NCBI GenBank assembly: GCA_965205505.1 | Contig: CBDBHB010000009.1 | Coordinates: 192,001 to 256,000 of the forward strand | DNA length: 64,000 bases | DNA from: Acidobacteriota bacterium | GTDB lineage: Bacteria; Acidobacteriota; UBA890; WLXD01 | Direction: 5' to 3' | Part shown: piece after piece, positions 28,863-38,708 of the stretch | How the letters are laid out: each line of letters starts with the position of its first letter | Position numbering within the stretch: the first letter of the stretch is position 1 | Translations under genes and position numbers: made by a program | Notes under the pieces: generated by a model | What the model was told of the DNA's origin: nothing | Database searches by the model: none | The model's input: the letters and a program-made list of their open reading frames with translations, nothing else

Positions 28863-30233
28863 ATGCAAGTCGGAGCGTGTCGCGGGATCGGCGATTGCAT
28901 GGACGCTATTCGGCGGGCGAGAGTGTTCTTCGATACGATCGGCCGCATGATGCAAACGGCCGACCCAGCGAAGCTCGAGCGCCTCCCCCCGAGGCTGGTG
29001 CCGGGCCTGTACCTGGCGGGCGCCCACATCGCGCTGATCACCGCGTTCTCGATGCTCGCCTGGCGGCCGGGCATCCTGGCGGGCTTTTTCTATCACCCCC
29101 AGGCGATGACGCTGGTTCATCTGGTCACGCTGGGTTGGATCACCGGCTCGATTCTGGGATGGATCTACATGGTCGGGCCGATTGCGCTGCGCACACCGAT
29201 CGCCGCTCGGCGCACAGACATCGTGGCGTGCGCTCTTTTCCTGACCGGTGTGGCTGGGTTGGTGAGCCACTTCTGGCTGAATCGCTACAACGGCATGCTG
29301 TGGTCGGCGGGCATGTTGCTGCTCAGCATCGCTTTTGTCGCTTGGCGTGTGCTGCGCGCCGTGCTGCCGGGGACGATGCCGCGGCCGATCAAGCTCCACA
29401 TCGTATTGGCGTTTGTGAACATGCTGGTGGCTGGAATCTGGGGAGCGCTCACCGGCCTCGAGAAGCTCCAAGTCGATGCGGTGCCGGGCCATATTCTCGC
29501 AAACGTGTTCGCGCACGCCCATCTCGCGGCGCTCGGCTTTGCAACGATGATGGTGATCGGGCTCGCCTATCGGCTTCTGCCGATGATGTTGCCCTCGGCA
29601 GTGCCGCCGGAGCGGGGCCTCTACGCCAGTGCCTGCCTGTTGGAGATCGGTGTGCTGGGGTTGTTCGCCGGCCTGATAACCGCGAGCCGATGGACCGGTG
29701 CGTTCGCTGTGCTGAGTATTCTGGGGATCGTCGCGTTCGCCTCCAGGGTGGCGTGGATGATCCGATCTCCGCGCCCTGCCCCCAAGGCGCTGGTCAAACC
29801 CGACTATGGGGTGCTGCATGCGATGCAGGCGATCGGCTACCTGGCGCTCAGCGCGACGCTCGGCATGGCGCTGTTGTACATGCAGCCATCGGAGACCGAG
29901 CTGCGGCTGATGCCGGTTTATGGCTTGCTGGGTCTCGTAGGCTTCCTGTCGCAGATTGTCATCGGCGTGGCAACGCGAATCCTGCCGCTGGTCACCTGGC
30001 TCCAGCAGTTCGTGCGGTACGGACAGAAACCAGACATTCCCTCGCAGTACGCCATGATGGGGCGGCGCGTTCAGGCCGCCAGCTTCACCCTATGGACGCT
30101 CGGCGTCCCGGTGCTCGCCGTGGGCCTCATAACAGGGAACGAGATGGCCATCTCTGTCGGGGCCGCGGCGTTGGCGGCGGCCACGCTGCTGGTTGGCATG
30201 AACGTTGCGCGGGTACTACGGTACGCCTTCTGA
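28863..30233 (+). CDS. Polytopic membrane protein with conserved-looking His residues (heme-copper oxidase subunit I-like fold possible); start probably nearer 28947
   Basis: About 12 TM segments; HLVTLGW, HAHLAALGF, YRLLPM. Confidence 0.6.
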   Translation: MQVGACRGIGDCMDAIRRARVFFDTIGRMMQTADPAKLERLPPRLVPGLYLAGAHIALITAFSMLAWRPGILAGFFYHPQAMTLVHLVTLGWITGSILGWIYMVGPIALRTPIAARRTDIVACALFLTGVAGLVSHFWLNRYNGMLWSAGMLLLSIAFVAWRVLRAVLPGTMPRPIKLHIVLAFVNMLVAGIWGALTGLEKLQVDAVPGHILANVFAHAHLAALGFATMMVIGLAYRLLPMMLPSAVPPERGLYASACLLEIGVLGLFAGLITASRWTGAFAVLSILGIVAFASRVAWMIRSPRPAPKALVKPDYGVLHAMQAIGYLALSATLGMALLYMQPSETELRLMPVYGLLGLVGFLSQIVIGVATRILPLVTWLQQFVRYGQKPDIPSQYAMMGRRVQAASFTLWTLGVPVLAVGLITGNEMAISVGAAALAAATLLVGMNVARVLRYAF

Positions 30234-30239
30234 CCGCCA

Positions 30240-30995
30240 CTAGTAGCTCCAACTCCTCAGGAGCTGCTGAAACGCCAGCATTGCCATGAGCGACAACGTG
30301 AGCGACACGGCCACCACCTGGGCGGATGCTTGCTCTAGCGCGTCAGGCACTAGCTCGGTGAACACCAGCCACAGCATTGCTCCGGCAGCGAAGCCGAGCC
30401 CGACCGGCAAGAATGGGCGAAAGGTCAGCACGAACAAGAAGGCGGGAACGGCCATGAGCGGCTGAGGGAGGCTCGAGAACACACTCCAGCCGGCAGCGCT
30501 CCACGGTTTGACGCCGCGCGGTACGAGCACGAGGCTGATGGCGAGCCCTTCGGGGATGTTGTGAACGGCGATTGCCGCAGAGATGAACACGCCGAGTGCG
30601 TCGCTGCCGCCGTAGGCGACGCCGACGCTTACGCCCTCGGCAACGGAATGAAGCGTCATCGCGCCGACTACAATCAACGCTTTGGTGGCGTCGGCACCGC
30701 GCACTTGTCCGATCTGCAGGTCGCGACCGCCCCCGCTCAGAAGCCGACGGCTCGCCGCCATGAACACCAGTCCGGCGAGAACGCCGACGAACACGCGCAT
30801 CGTGCTCAGTGGCATGCCCTCGTTGATGAGGCTATGGCTCGCCGCCACCATGAGACCGGCCGCTGCGGCGTTGGAGGCACCCAGCCAACGGCGCGCCAGC
30901 CCGGCGACGAAGAAGAACGGAATAGCCCCGAGGCCCGTTGCCAGCGCCGTGAGGAAGGCGGCGAGGAATACCGTCCACGCGTTGATCTGCAGCAT
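30240..30995 (-). CDS. ZIP family divalent metal transporter (ZupT/GufA-like)
   Basis: ATGLGAIP, TLHSVAEG, AVHNIPEG, FAAGAM. Confidence 0.9.
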   Translation of the reverse strand: MLQINAWTVFLAAFLTALATGLGAIPFFFVAGLARRWLGASNAAAAGLMVAASHSLINEGMPLSTMRVFVGVLAGLVFMAASRRLLSGGGRDLQIGQVRGADATKALIVVGAMTLHSVAEGVSVGVAYGGSDALGVFISAAIAVHNIPEGLAISLVLVPRGVKPWSAAGWSVFSSLPQPLMAVPAFLFVLTFRPFLPVGLGFAAGAMLWLVFTELVPDALEQASAQVVAVSLTLSLMAMLAFQQLLRSWSY

Positions 30996-31128
30996 GGTCT
31001 CGTCGATTGCTGGCTTGCGGCCGTGGCAACTCTCGCGGTCCGCGAGGATCGTAGGCGCTGCGGGATGGCCGCGACTCCGCCGCCGTGGACATCGGTGAGG
31101 TCGTTGAAGGCGTGGTGATTTCTTGAAA

Positions 31129-32541
31129 CTACATAGCGACGGGCTCGCCGGCAGCGTCCACCATGGGTAGCCCGGCGGCCGCCCACGCGCCCATGCCGCC
31201 GGTCACGTTGCGAACGTGACGGAAGCCGTTGCGCAATAAGACGCTGCAGGCAGTGCTTGATCGAGTCCCAACGGCGCAGAGCACCGACACGCGACTGTCG
31301 ATGCTCAGCTCGAGCTCGTCGATCCGGTCGGCGAGGAACTTGAAGTTCATGTAGTGGGCACCGTCGACGTGTCCGGCGTCCCACTCCGAGGTCTCGCGCA
31401 CGTCGAGCACCTGCATCCCGCCGCCGTTGGACAGCGCCGAGGCAAGCTCGTGGACGCTCATCTGCGGCAACGTCTCCTGCGGGCGCCCGGCGCGCAGCCA
31501 GCTTCTCATGCCACCGGCCAGATGCCCCTCGACCCGAGAATCCAGCCCCAGGAAAGCCATCGCGTGGAGGGCGCGGTCCGCCGCCTCGGCGTCGTCGGTG
31601 ACCAGCAGGATCGGCACGTCGGGTGGGATCACCCAGCCGACCCGCTGTTCGAACTCGGAGCTGCTCTGCAAGATGCTCATCGCGCCCGGAACGTGCCCGC
31701 CGCCGAAAGCGGCCGCCGATCGGGTGTCAATCACGAGCCGGCTGTCCTCGGTTAGCTCGGCAAACTCGTCGGCGCCCAGGGGGCGGGCCCGGGGCGGGTC
31801 CATCGTCAGCGGCCTTCTGCCCTGGTTGATCGCGACGATGTTCTCGATGTTGGCGGGGCGCGGCGGCTGGTCGGTGTTCATGTACGCGACAAACGCGTCG
31901 CGATTCTCGAACTGCAGGGCCGCGTTGTTGCGCTTCTCATACCCGACCGTGGTGACAACCTTGCCACTCGTTACGCGTCCTCACGTCGAGCCCGCTACAT
32001 GCCCCGGATAAACCTCGACGAAATCGGGGAGGTCACGGAACCGAGGTAGCGCCTCATCGAAGAGCGTTCGTGCCCCGTCCTCGCCATCCTGTGCGAGGTC
32101 CGGCCGCGATAGGTCGCCGACCAGCACGAAATCTGCCGTCAGCAGGCACCACGGGTCGGCGCCACGGTCGTGATCGAAGACCAGCAAGTTGATTTGCTCT
32201 GGTCGATGCCCGGGAGCATGAAAAATCTCCAGGGTCACCTCGCCCAGGGTAAGCCGGTCACCGGGTGCGACCCGCGTAGCCTCGTAGGTGATCTCGGCGA
32301 GCTCCGGCAGCACCAGCTCGCCGCTGCACGCGGCAGCCAGACGTCGCGCTCCGGACACGTGGTCCGCGTGGCTGTGTGAGTCGATGACGTAGCGGATGCG
32401 TGACGACTTGGACGCCGCCATGTGCAGATAGGGGTCGACGTCCCACAGGGGATCGAAGACGGCACACTCGCCGCTGGCCGTCGAGCCGACCATGTAGGTG
32501 ACACAGCCCGTCTCTCGCCTCAGGATCGACTCGAACCACAC
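31129..32541 (-). CDS. CstB-like persulfide dioxygenase (MBL fold) plus tandem rhodanese domains; probable selenoprotein, 470 aa, Sec at codon 187
   Basis: ORFs 31981-32541 and 31129-31881 share a frame and are joined by YPGHVAGST*GRVTSGKVVTTVGYEKRNN; HSHADH, PGH, GD; rhodanese CAVGTRS. Confidence 0.8.
31945..31980 (-). promoter_or_regulatory. Putative bacterial SECIS element
   Basis: mRNA GUGGCA-AGGU-UGUCAC hairpin (31967-31952) starting 13 nt after the UGA; possible lower stem GAC.CGU/ACG.GUC. Confidence 0.65.
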
Positions 32542-32700
32542 AACGCTCCTCCGATATCGGGTCCAAAACTAGGCGAATAGTACAGCCCCTTGCCTCGGAG
32601 CCTACCAAGTCGCCTCCGATACCGAGGTTTTCCAGGCTCATGCCGAGCCTTCCGATACACGCCGGATGACTTCACCACGGCGAACAACTACGGTGGCCAC

Positions 32701-33477
32701 ATGACGGGTTTCATAGCGCGTTCAGCTTCTGAGCCCCTGCCAGGCGCAGGGCGACTGGTTGCGGGCCTGACGGTGGTTCTCGCCGTCGGCTGCCAAGCGG
32801 ACACGGACCCTCGGCGCGACGCGTCTTCCGTCCCGTCGTCAGAAACGGGCACCGTCGAGGGAGTTGTCCGGCTAGCCGGCGCCACGATCCCTGAGCCGAC
32901 GCGAGTACGAAACACCACCGATCCCGAGCTGTGTGGCGAGGCCCAAAGCCTGGAGGATCTCCTCGTATCAGCCGTCGACGGTGGTATTCGCAACGTGATC
33001 GCGGCGCTGCTCGACGTGCCCCCAGACTAGATCCCTGCTCACCCCGCGGAGCGGCTGGTGCTCGACAACCGGGGCTGCCGCTTCGTTCCGCACGCCGCGG
33101 TTCTTACCGTAGGCAGCACGATCGCCGCTACCAACAGTGACGCGGTACTCCACACCGAGCATTTTTACGGTGCCCACAGCGTCAACATGGCGTTGCCGTT
33201 GATGGGAATGAGCATCGATACCGTGGTCGCGGAGGAGGGGATGATCATCGTCAAGTGCGACGTACACGGATGGATGCAGGCGTTCATCAGGGTCGACGCG
33301 CACCCGTTTCACGCCGTTACGGATGCGGCCGGCGTCTTCCGTATTCCTGAAGTTCCGCCGGGCACCTACCAGCTAGAGCTCTGGCACGAGAAGCTGGGCC
33401 AGCAAACAGTCTGGGTCGAAGTAGAAGCAGGGAGCACCGAGATCGTCGAGGCGCGGTTTTCGCAGGAGAGCCGCTGA
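32701..33477 (+). pseudogene. Cupredoxin/carboxypeptidase-regulatory-like lipoprotein with an in-frame TAG at 33028-33030
   Basis: Lipobox AVGC; LDNRGCRFVPH, KCDVHGWM, VPPGTY..WHE; ORFs 32590-33030 and 33058-33477 share a frame. Confidence 0.75.
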
Positions 33478-33505
33478 ACTCTCAAGCGCGACAGGAGGCA
33501 CATCG

Positions 33506-34237
33506 ATGTTGAGGCTGAGCTCGTACATGACCATGGTGGCCGCCTTGATGGTGGGCGCTCCGGCGCATCTGGCGACGCAGGAATCGACGCCGCGTCAGCA
33601 GCCGGGCGCGGAGATCACCCTCTATGCGCCGGAACAGCACGATCTCTACGACGGACGCTTCGTCCTGTCGGCGGGGCGTGTCCACCAGGTCGGGCAGCTC
33701 GACGAAGCGCCGGGGTGGGATCACATGGGGAATGACGCGGCGAGCGTTCGCGCGGTGGACGGCACCGTCGAGATCGACGTAGACGAGATCAACAACAACG
33801 GGCGCTTCTCGGCTCGCCTCGACCTACCGGAGGGTGAGTTGGTCGTGAACATGGACCGCTTTCACGAGTTCAATCCGTGCCAGGACGGCGGCGTCGCGGC
33901 GTACCTGTACGAACACGGCGACTCCGGGTGTGGCGATACGAACTGGCCGAAGACCTTTATCTATGTGGCCGGCTGGGGTTACGGCCATGCGACGCTCAAC
34001 GGCGAGCGTATCTACGACGAGTATCAAGTGCACTTCATGGTCACCCAGGGGATGCGCGATCGACAGACCTTGGAGGTCAACTATCCGCTGCTCAACAAGC
34101 GCTCATCGGCAGGCGCGGTGAATCCGGCCGTGCAGCAGCTCGACTTCTTCATCCGCAGCCCCGAGGTAGATGCCCGCAACAACCCGACTCGCGAGGTGTT
34201 CGACTACTTCTTCGCCATGGAGGTCACCTGGAAGTAG
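33506..34237 (+). CDS. Hypothetical secreted protein
   Basis: AGGAGG RBS, signal peptide, typical GC3 codon usage. Confidence 0.7.
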   Translation: MLRLSSYMTMVAALMVGAPAHLATQESTPRQQPGAEITLYAPEQHDLYDGRFVLSAGRVHQVGQLDEAPGWDHMGNDAASVRAVDGTVEIDVDEINNNGRFSARLDLPEGELVVNMDRFHEFNPCQDGGVAAYLYEHGDSGCGDTNWPKTFIYVAGWGYGHATLNGERIYDEYQVHFMVTQGMRDRQTLEVNYPLLNKRSSAGAVNPAVQQLDFFIRSPEVDARNNPTREVFDYFFAMEVTWK

Positions 34238-34369
34238 GCCGACACGCGGTCGGCGAGTGAGTCGCCGAGTGCACCAAAGCGTCCGAACACCCGCTAACCA
34301 GACGCCAGGGTAGGCGTGGAATTCGCGGGCTGGTTGGTTCAGCGACCGACGCGCCCATAGAATCCGCCT

Positions 34370-34879
34370 ATGGCGGTTTTCGAACCACTCTTCGCGGCGC
34401 TGAACGCGGCCAACGTGCGTTACGTCGTGGTAGGCGGGCTCGCCGTGGTGCTGCACGGCCATGCGCGGTTGACGGTCGATGTCGACCTTATCGTCGACCT
34501 CGACCCCTTCGAGGCGGCCAAGGCCATCGAAGTCCTCGCCGCATCGGGACTGCAGCCGAGGCTGCCAGTCGATGCAAGTGACTTTGCCAACGCGACGGTT
34601 CGTGACGCGTGGGTCCGTGAGCGGGGAATGAAGGTGTTCTCGATGCTCGATCCCAACAACCCGATGCGCGTGGTCGACCTGTTTGCGGAGCATCCGATCC
34701 CGTTCGATGAGCTATGGGAGGGCTCCGTCGAGTTTGACCTGCGTGACACGATCGTACGAGTCGTATCGATTCCTCACCTGATCCGCTTGAAGCGCTTGGC
34801 TGGTCGACCACAGGATCAGGCCGACATCGCGCAGCTCGAGGCTATCCTCCGCGCCCGCCGAGCGAGCGACGATGGTTGA
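34370..34879 (+). CDS. Nucleotidyltransferase-like protein
   Basis: YVVVGGLAVVLHG..RLTVDVDL; LIRLK..AGRPQD..DI. Confidence 0.8.
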   Translation: MAVFEPLFAALNAANVRYVVVGGLAVVLHGHARLTVDVDLIVDLDPFEAAKAIEVLAASGLQPRLPVDASDFANATVRDAWVRERGMKVFSMLDPNNPMRVVDLFAEHPIPFDELWEGSVEFDLRDTIVRVVSIPHLIRLKRLAGRPQDQADIAQLEAILRARRASDDG

Positions 34880-35051
34880 CCGTCCAGACTGCATGGAATC
34901 ATGGGACGCGAGCTGGGAAGGCACGCAACGCCAGCATCTGGAAGCCACAATCACGGCTACGCCGGAGCAGCGTTTGGCCTGGCTCGAGGAGGCGCTACAG
35001 CTGGCCTACTTGTCGGGTGCGCTTGACGAGCCGCGGGCGAAGCCCAAGTAG
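34872..35051 (+). CDS. 59-aa partner protein of the nucleotidyltransferase (absent from the ORF track)
   Basis: MVDRPD...WEGTQRQHL...TPEQRLAWLEEA; overlaps the NTase stop. Confidence 0.6.
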   Translation: MVDRPDCMESWDASWEGTQRQHLEATITATPEQRLAWLEEALQLAYLSGALDEPRAKPK

Positions 35052-36349
35052 TCGATTGCCACACCCGCCATCGCCCGTACTCCTACGATGAGCGCGTCGT
35101 CGTTGACGTAGAAGTTGGGCGAGTGATTCGGGGCCGCGTCATACGGGCCGACGCCCTCCTTGTTCACGCCGAGCACGAAATAGAAGCCGGGGACGCGCTC
35201 CTGAAAATAGGAGAAGTCCTCGGCGCCCATGATGAAGTCGAGTTGCTTGACCCGGCCGGCCGCGGCGCGCTCCAGGGTAGGCAGCATGCGCTCGGTGAGC
35301 TCCGGGTCGTTGTAGGTGACCGGGACGCCGGGGCGCAACTCCACCTCCGCTGTAGCGCCCGAGCTCTCGGCCACCGCTACGGCGGTGGTGCGGATGCGCT
35401 CGAGAAATTCCTCGCGCATGTTGGGATCGAAGGTGCGGATGGTTCCGGTCATCTCGACGAAGTCGGGGATGATGTTGCCACGCACGCCACCGTGGATGCT
35501 GCCGATCGACACCACGGCGGGGGCCTTGGTGATGTCGAGCTGGCGGCTGGGAATTGTCTGTAGCGCCGTGATCACCTGAGCCGCGGCGATCACCGGGTCG
35601 ACACCGCGCCACGGCGACGAGCCATGCGTTTGCCGGCCGATGACCTTTATATAGAGTGCGTCGGAGGCGGCCAGGGCGCCGCCGGATCGATAGCCTAGCG
35701 AGCCGCTCGCCTCGGGCCATACGTGCAGGCCGAAGATCGCCTCGGGGGCGCCGGGGCCGTCGAGCACGCCTTCTTCGAGCATGAGCGCTGCTCCGCCCTT
35801 CTCGCCGCGCGGCGCGCCTTCCTCAGCAGGCTGAAAGAAAAACTTCACCGTTCCCGGGATCGACTCGCGCACCTCGGCGAGCGCCGCGGCAGCGCCCATG
35901 AGGATGGCCACGTGGGCATCGTGACCGCAGGCGTGCATGATCGGCACCTCGGCGCCGTTGTACTCGCCCGTGGCCTGTGAGGCGAAAGGCAGCCCGGTCA
36001 TCTCCTTCACCGGCAGGCCGTCCATATCGGCGCGTAGTGCCACCACGGGGCCGGGACGCCCGCCGACCAGCGTGCCGACGACGCCGGTGTGGGCGATGCC
36101 GGTATCCACCGAGTCGAGCCCGATCGCGCGCAGGTGCTCGGCTACCTTGGCGGCGGTGCGGTGCTCGCGGTTCGAGAGCTCGGGGTGCTGGTGGATATCG
36201 TGGCGCCACTCGATCACCGACGGCATGAGCGACTCGATGATGGCGTCGAGCTCTGCGCCGTCCTGGGATTCGGCGTCGGCGACCCTAGCGGCGACGACGA
36301 CGATGGACACGAGCATAAAGACGATGAGAACACGAGTAGATGGGCGCAA
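35006..36349 (-). CDS. Secreted M20D amidohydrolase
   Basis: HPELS, ALRADMD, MHACGHDAH, FQPAEEG, AEDFS, NHSP. Confidence 0.92.
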   Translation of the reverse strand: MRPSTRVLIVFMLVSIVVVAARVADAESQDGAELDAIIESLMPSVIEWRHDIHQHPELSNREHRTAAKVAEHLRAIGLDSVDTGIAHTGVVGTLVGGRPGPVVALRADMDGLPVKEMTGLPFASQATGEYNGAEVPIMHACGHDAHVAILMGAAAALAEVRESIPGTVKFFFQPAEEGAPRGEKGGAALMLEEGVLDGPGAPEAIFGLHVWPEASGSLGYRSGGALAASDALYIKVIGRQTHGSSPWRGVDPVIAAAQVITALQTIPSRQLDITKAPAVVSIGSIHGGVRGNIIPDFVEMTGTIRTFDPNMREEFLERIRTTAVAVAESSGATAEVELRPGVPVTYNDPELTERMLPTLERAAAGRVKQLDFIMGAEDFSYFQERVPGFYFVLGVNKEGVGPYDAAPNHSPNFYVNDDALIVGVRAMAGVAIDYLGFARGSSSAPDK

Positions 36350-36370
36350 TGGAATCTCCGTAGCTGGGGC

Positions 36371-38683
36371 TCAGAAGCGCAGCAGATGAGTCAACTTTAC
36401 GATGATCGTCCGGTCGATCAGGTCGGCGTCGTGCGCCAATCGGCTCTCGTTGTACACCACGAACAGGTCGGCCCCCGGCGTATGGATGAAGTTGAGCCGG
36501 ACGTTGGACAGCACCTGATCGGTCTGATTGTCGTACTGGACGAGGGCGGCAAGGAACAGGCGGGTGCTGAAGTCGTAGGAGATCCGTGATCGCAGCAGAT
36601 CGGTGACGAAATCACCCTGCGGTAGCTCGACGTCGTTGCGGTTCCAGGCGGCGGTGATCGCCAGGCGGGGGCCGAGACGAGCACCGCCCGTGAGGGTCAG
36701 GTTCTTGCGTGTGCCTCCGAAGAAGCCGCCCCACGTGTAGGTGATGCTGCCGTCGACGGTGCGGCTCGGATCGCCGACGATCTCGAAGCTGTACTCGTTG
36801 AAGCGATATTCGCCCGGCGGAATGACCACCCCGCTGACGATCTCGAAGGGCATGTCGAGGCGCTCGAAGACGCGATTGTGGGTGGGCCCGATGATGTCAC
36901 CGCGGCGCAGGAACACGTCCCAGTCGAAGTGCCAACGGCGCGACAACAGTTGGCCGGTCCGATCGGTTACGAGGTCCAACGTAGCGTGGGGGTTCATGTT
37001 GCGGATCCACTCGGCTTGCGGGTAGGGGGTCCACATCGCCTCCCCGTGATAAGCGCGCAGGCCGGTGCGGTTGACGAAGCCGAGCTCCGGATTGAAGTCC
37101 TCGCCAATCTCCAGCGCCGATCCCTTGACGAGCCACCCGGGCGTGGCGTGCTCGAACCGAACCTCTCCGGCCCAGGAGGCATCGTCCAGCTCTGGAGTAG
37201 CGGTCTGCATCCACCATCCATCGACCGTCGTCTGCGGCGTGATAGCCCAGCGCCCGTCGACGCCGTAGGTGCGGTTGTGGTCACCACCGCCCGCCTCCCG
37301 GTTGGTGAACAGCATGCCGAAGCTCGAGCGACTGCCGAGATCACGTCTGAGTCGCACGACGCTGTGGTTGGCCGACGCCACCCCGGCGATGCTGGTTGTT
37401 TGTAGCGACAAGACCCCACCCGACCACGGCCCGATCTTGCCGGTCAGGCGGCCACCGCCGATGATCGGCACTTCGCGATTGTCGGGCGACACCCCGATGC
37501 GCCGCGAGTGGAAGCCGATCACCCGCGGCGTGCTGCCGAGCTGAAATCCAACACCGCCACCACCGCCGCCGCCGCCCGTTCTGCCGAAGTTGAACAATCC
37601 GGCGTTTTCCAGGAAGAACTCGCGTTTCTCAGGGAAGAACAGCGGGAAGCGCGTTAGGTTGATCTGCACGTCATCGGCCTCCACCTGGGCGAAGTCGGTG
37701 CTCAGCGTGCCGTCGAACGTCAGGTTCGGGGTGATCCCCCACTTGACGTCGACGCCGGCATCGCCCGACGCGTTGGTAACGTGACCGCCGCCGGCCCCTA
37801 GGTTGGGGTTACGTAGGACGGTCGACGCGTCGCCAAGGGCAAAGGGCTTTACCTGCAGGTTGCGCGGCGAAGCCAGCTGCTCCATTCCCACCAGCATCCC
37901 CGAGTGCGACAGCCGGGTGGCGTTGTACTGCCGGGGCACTGGGGCCCAGTACGCTTCTTCGCCGTTGCGAGGGATACCGCGTCGGAAGTTGATTCCCCAC
38001 GCGGTGGTGTTTTCCGGATCGAAGCGTAGCGACCAGAACGGGATGGCGATCTCCACCGACCAGCCCTCGGGGGTGATGCGGCCGGCAGCCTCCCATACCG
38101 CGTCCCAGCTGGCCTCGAACTGCTCGACGTTACCTCCGAAGCTCGATCGACCTCCTTCACCGACGATTTGCGCGTCGAACTTGGCTCCCAGCGCGTTGGT
38201 CTCGAAGTAGTAGCCGTTGCGGTGGTCGTGATACGTGTCGAGCGTCAGCACGAAGTGATCGTTGGAGCGCGAGCGCTCATCGCGGCGCAGCACGTTGGCG
38301 ACGATCCGCTCGGGCGCACTGTCGTACATCATGGCGGCGACGTAGAGCTTCGACTCGTCGTACAGCACCCGTACCTCGGTGCGCTCAGTGACCGGCTCCC
38401 CCTCGTTGGGTGTGGACTGGGTGAACTGCGTGAGCAGGGTCGCCTGTTGCCAGGCCGGGTCGTCGAGCCGCCCGTCGATTCGGGGCGGCAGCGTCGTCGA
38501 CTGCGCGGCTACCTGGTAGTTGGCGTCGGCCGCGGTAACCGACTGATCGGCTGATTGGGCCGACGTTGCCGGAGCCGGCGCGGCGCAAAGAACCACCAGG
38601 GCGGCTCGAAGGATCGCCACTGCGGGCGCCGTCGCGTACCGGTTCCTCGATTGTTGCTGACCTCGGACTACGTACCGTCGCAC
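36371..38683 (-). CDS. CBM9-like plus DUF5916 outer-membrane protein
   Basis: IDGRLDDPAW, GWSVEIAIP, DFAQVEAD, FFPEKREFFLE; C-terminal F. Confidence 0.85.
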   Translation of the reverse strand: MRRYVVRGQQQSRNRYATAPAVAILRAALVVLCAAPAPATSAQSADQSVTAADANYQVAAQSTTLPPRIDGRLDDPAWQQATLLTQFTQSTPNEGEPVTERTEVRVLYDESKLYVAAMMYDSAPERIVANVLRRDERSRSNDHFVLTLDTYHDHRNGYYFETNALGAKFDAQIVGEGGRSSFGGNVEQFEASWDAVWEAAGRITPEGWSVEIAIPFWSLRFDPENTTAWGINFRRGIPRNGEEAYWAPVPRQYNATRLSHSGMLVGMEQLASPRNLQVKPFALGDASTVLRNPNLGAGGGHVTNASGDAGVDVKWGITPNLTFDGTLSTDFAQVEADDVQINLTRFPLFFPEKREFFLENAGLFNFGRTGGGGGGGGVGFQLGSTPRVIGFHSRRIGVSPDNREVPIIGGGRLTGKIGPWSGGVLSLQTTSIAGVASANHSVVRLRRDLGSRSSFGMLFTNREAGGGDHNRTYGVDGRWAITPQTTVDGWWMQTATPELDDASWAGEVRFEHATPGWLVKGSALEIGEDFNPELGFVNRTGLRAYHGEAMWTPYPQAEWIRNMNPHATLDLVTDRTGQLLSRRWHFDWDVFLRRGDIIGPTHNRVFERLDMPFEIVSGVVIPPGEYRFNEYSFEIVGDPSRTVDGSITYTWGGFFGGTRKNLTLTGGARLGPRLAITAAWNRNDVELPQGDFVTDLLRSRISYDFSTRLFLAALVQYDNQTDQVLSNVRLNFIHTPGADLFVVYNESRLAHDADLIDRTIIVKLTHLLRF

Positions 38684-38708
38684 AACTCACCGAGGAGCCG
38701 GACGATCT

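Noticed and set aside
33028-33030. In-frame TAG as pyrrolysine or programmed read-through
   Set aside because: It lies in a linker, there is no pyl context, and a simple nonsense transition explains it
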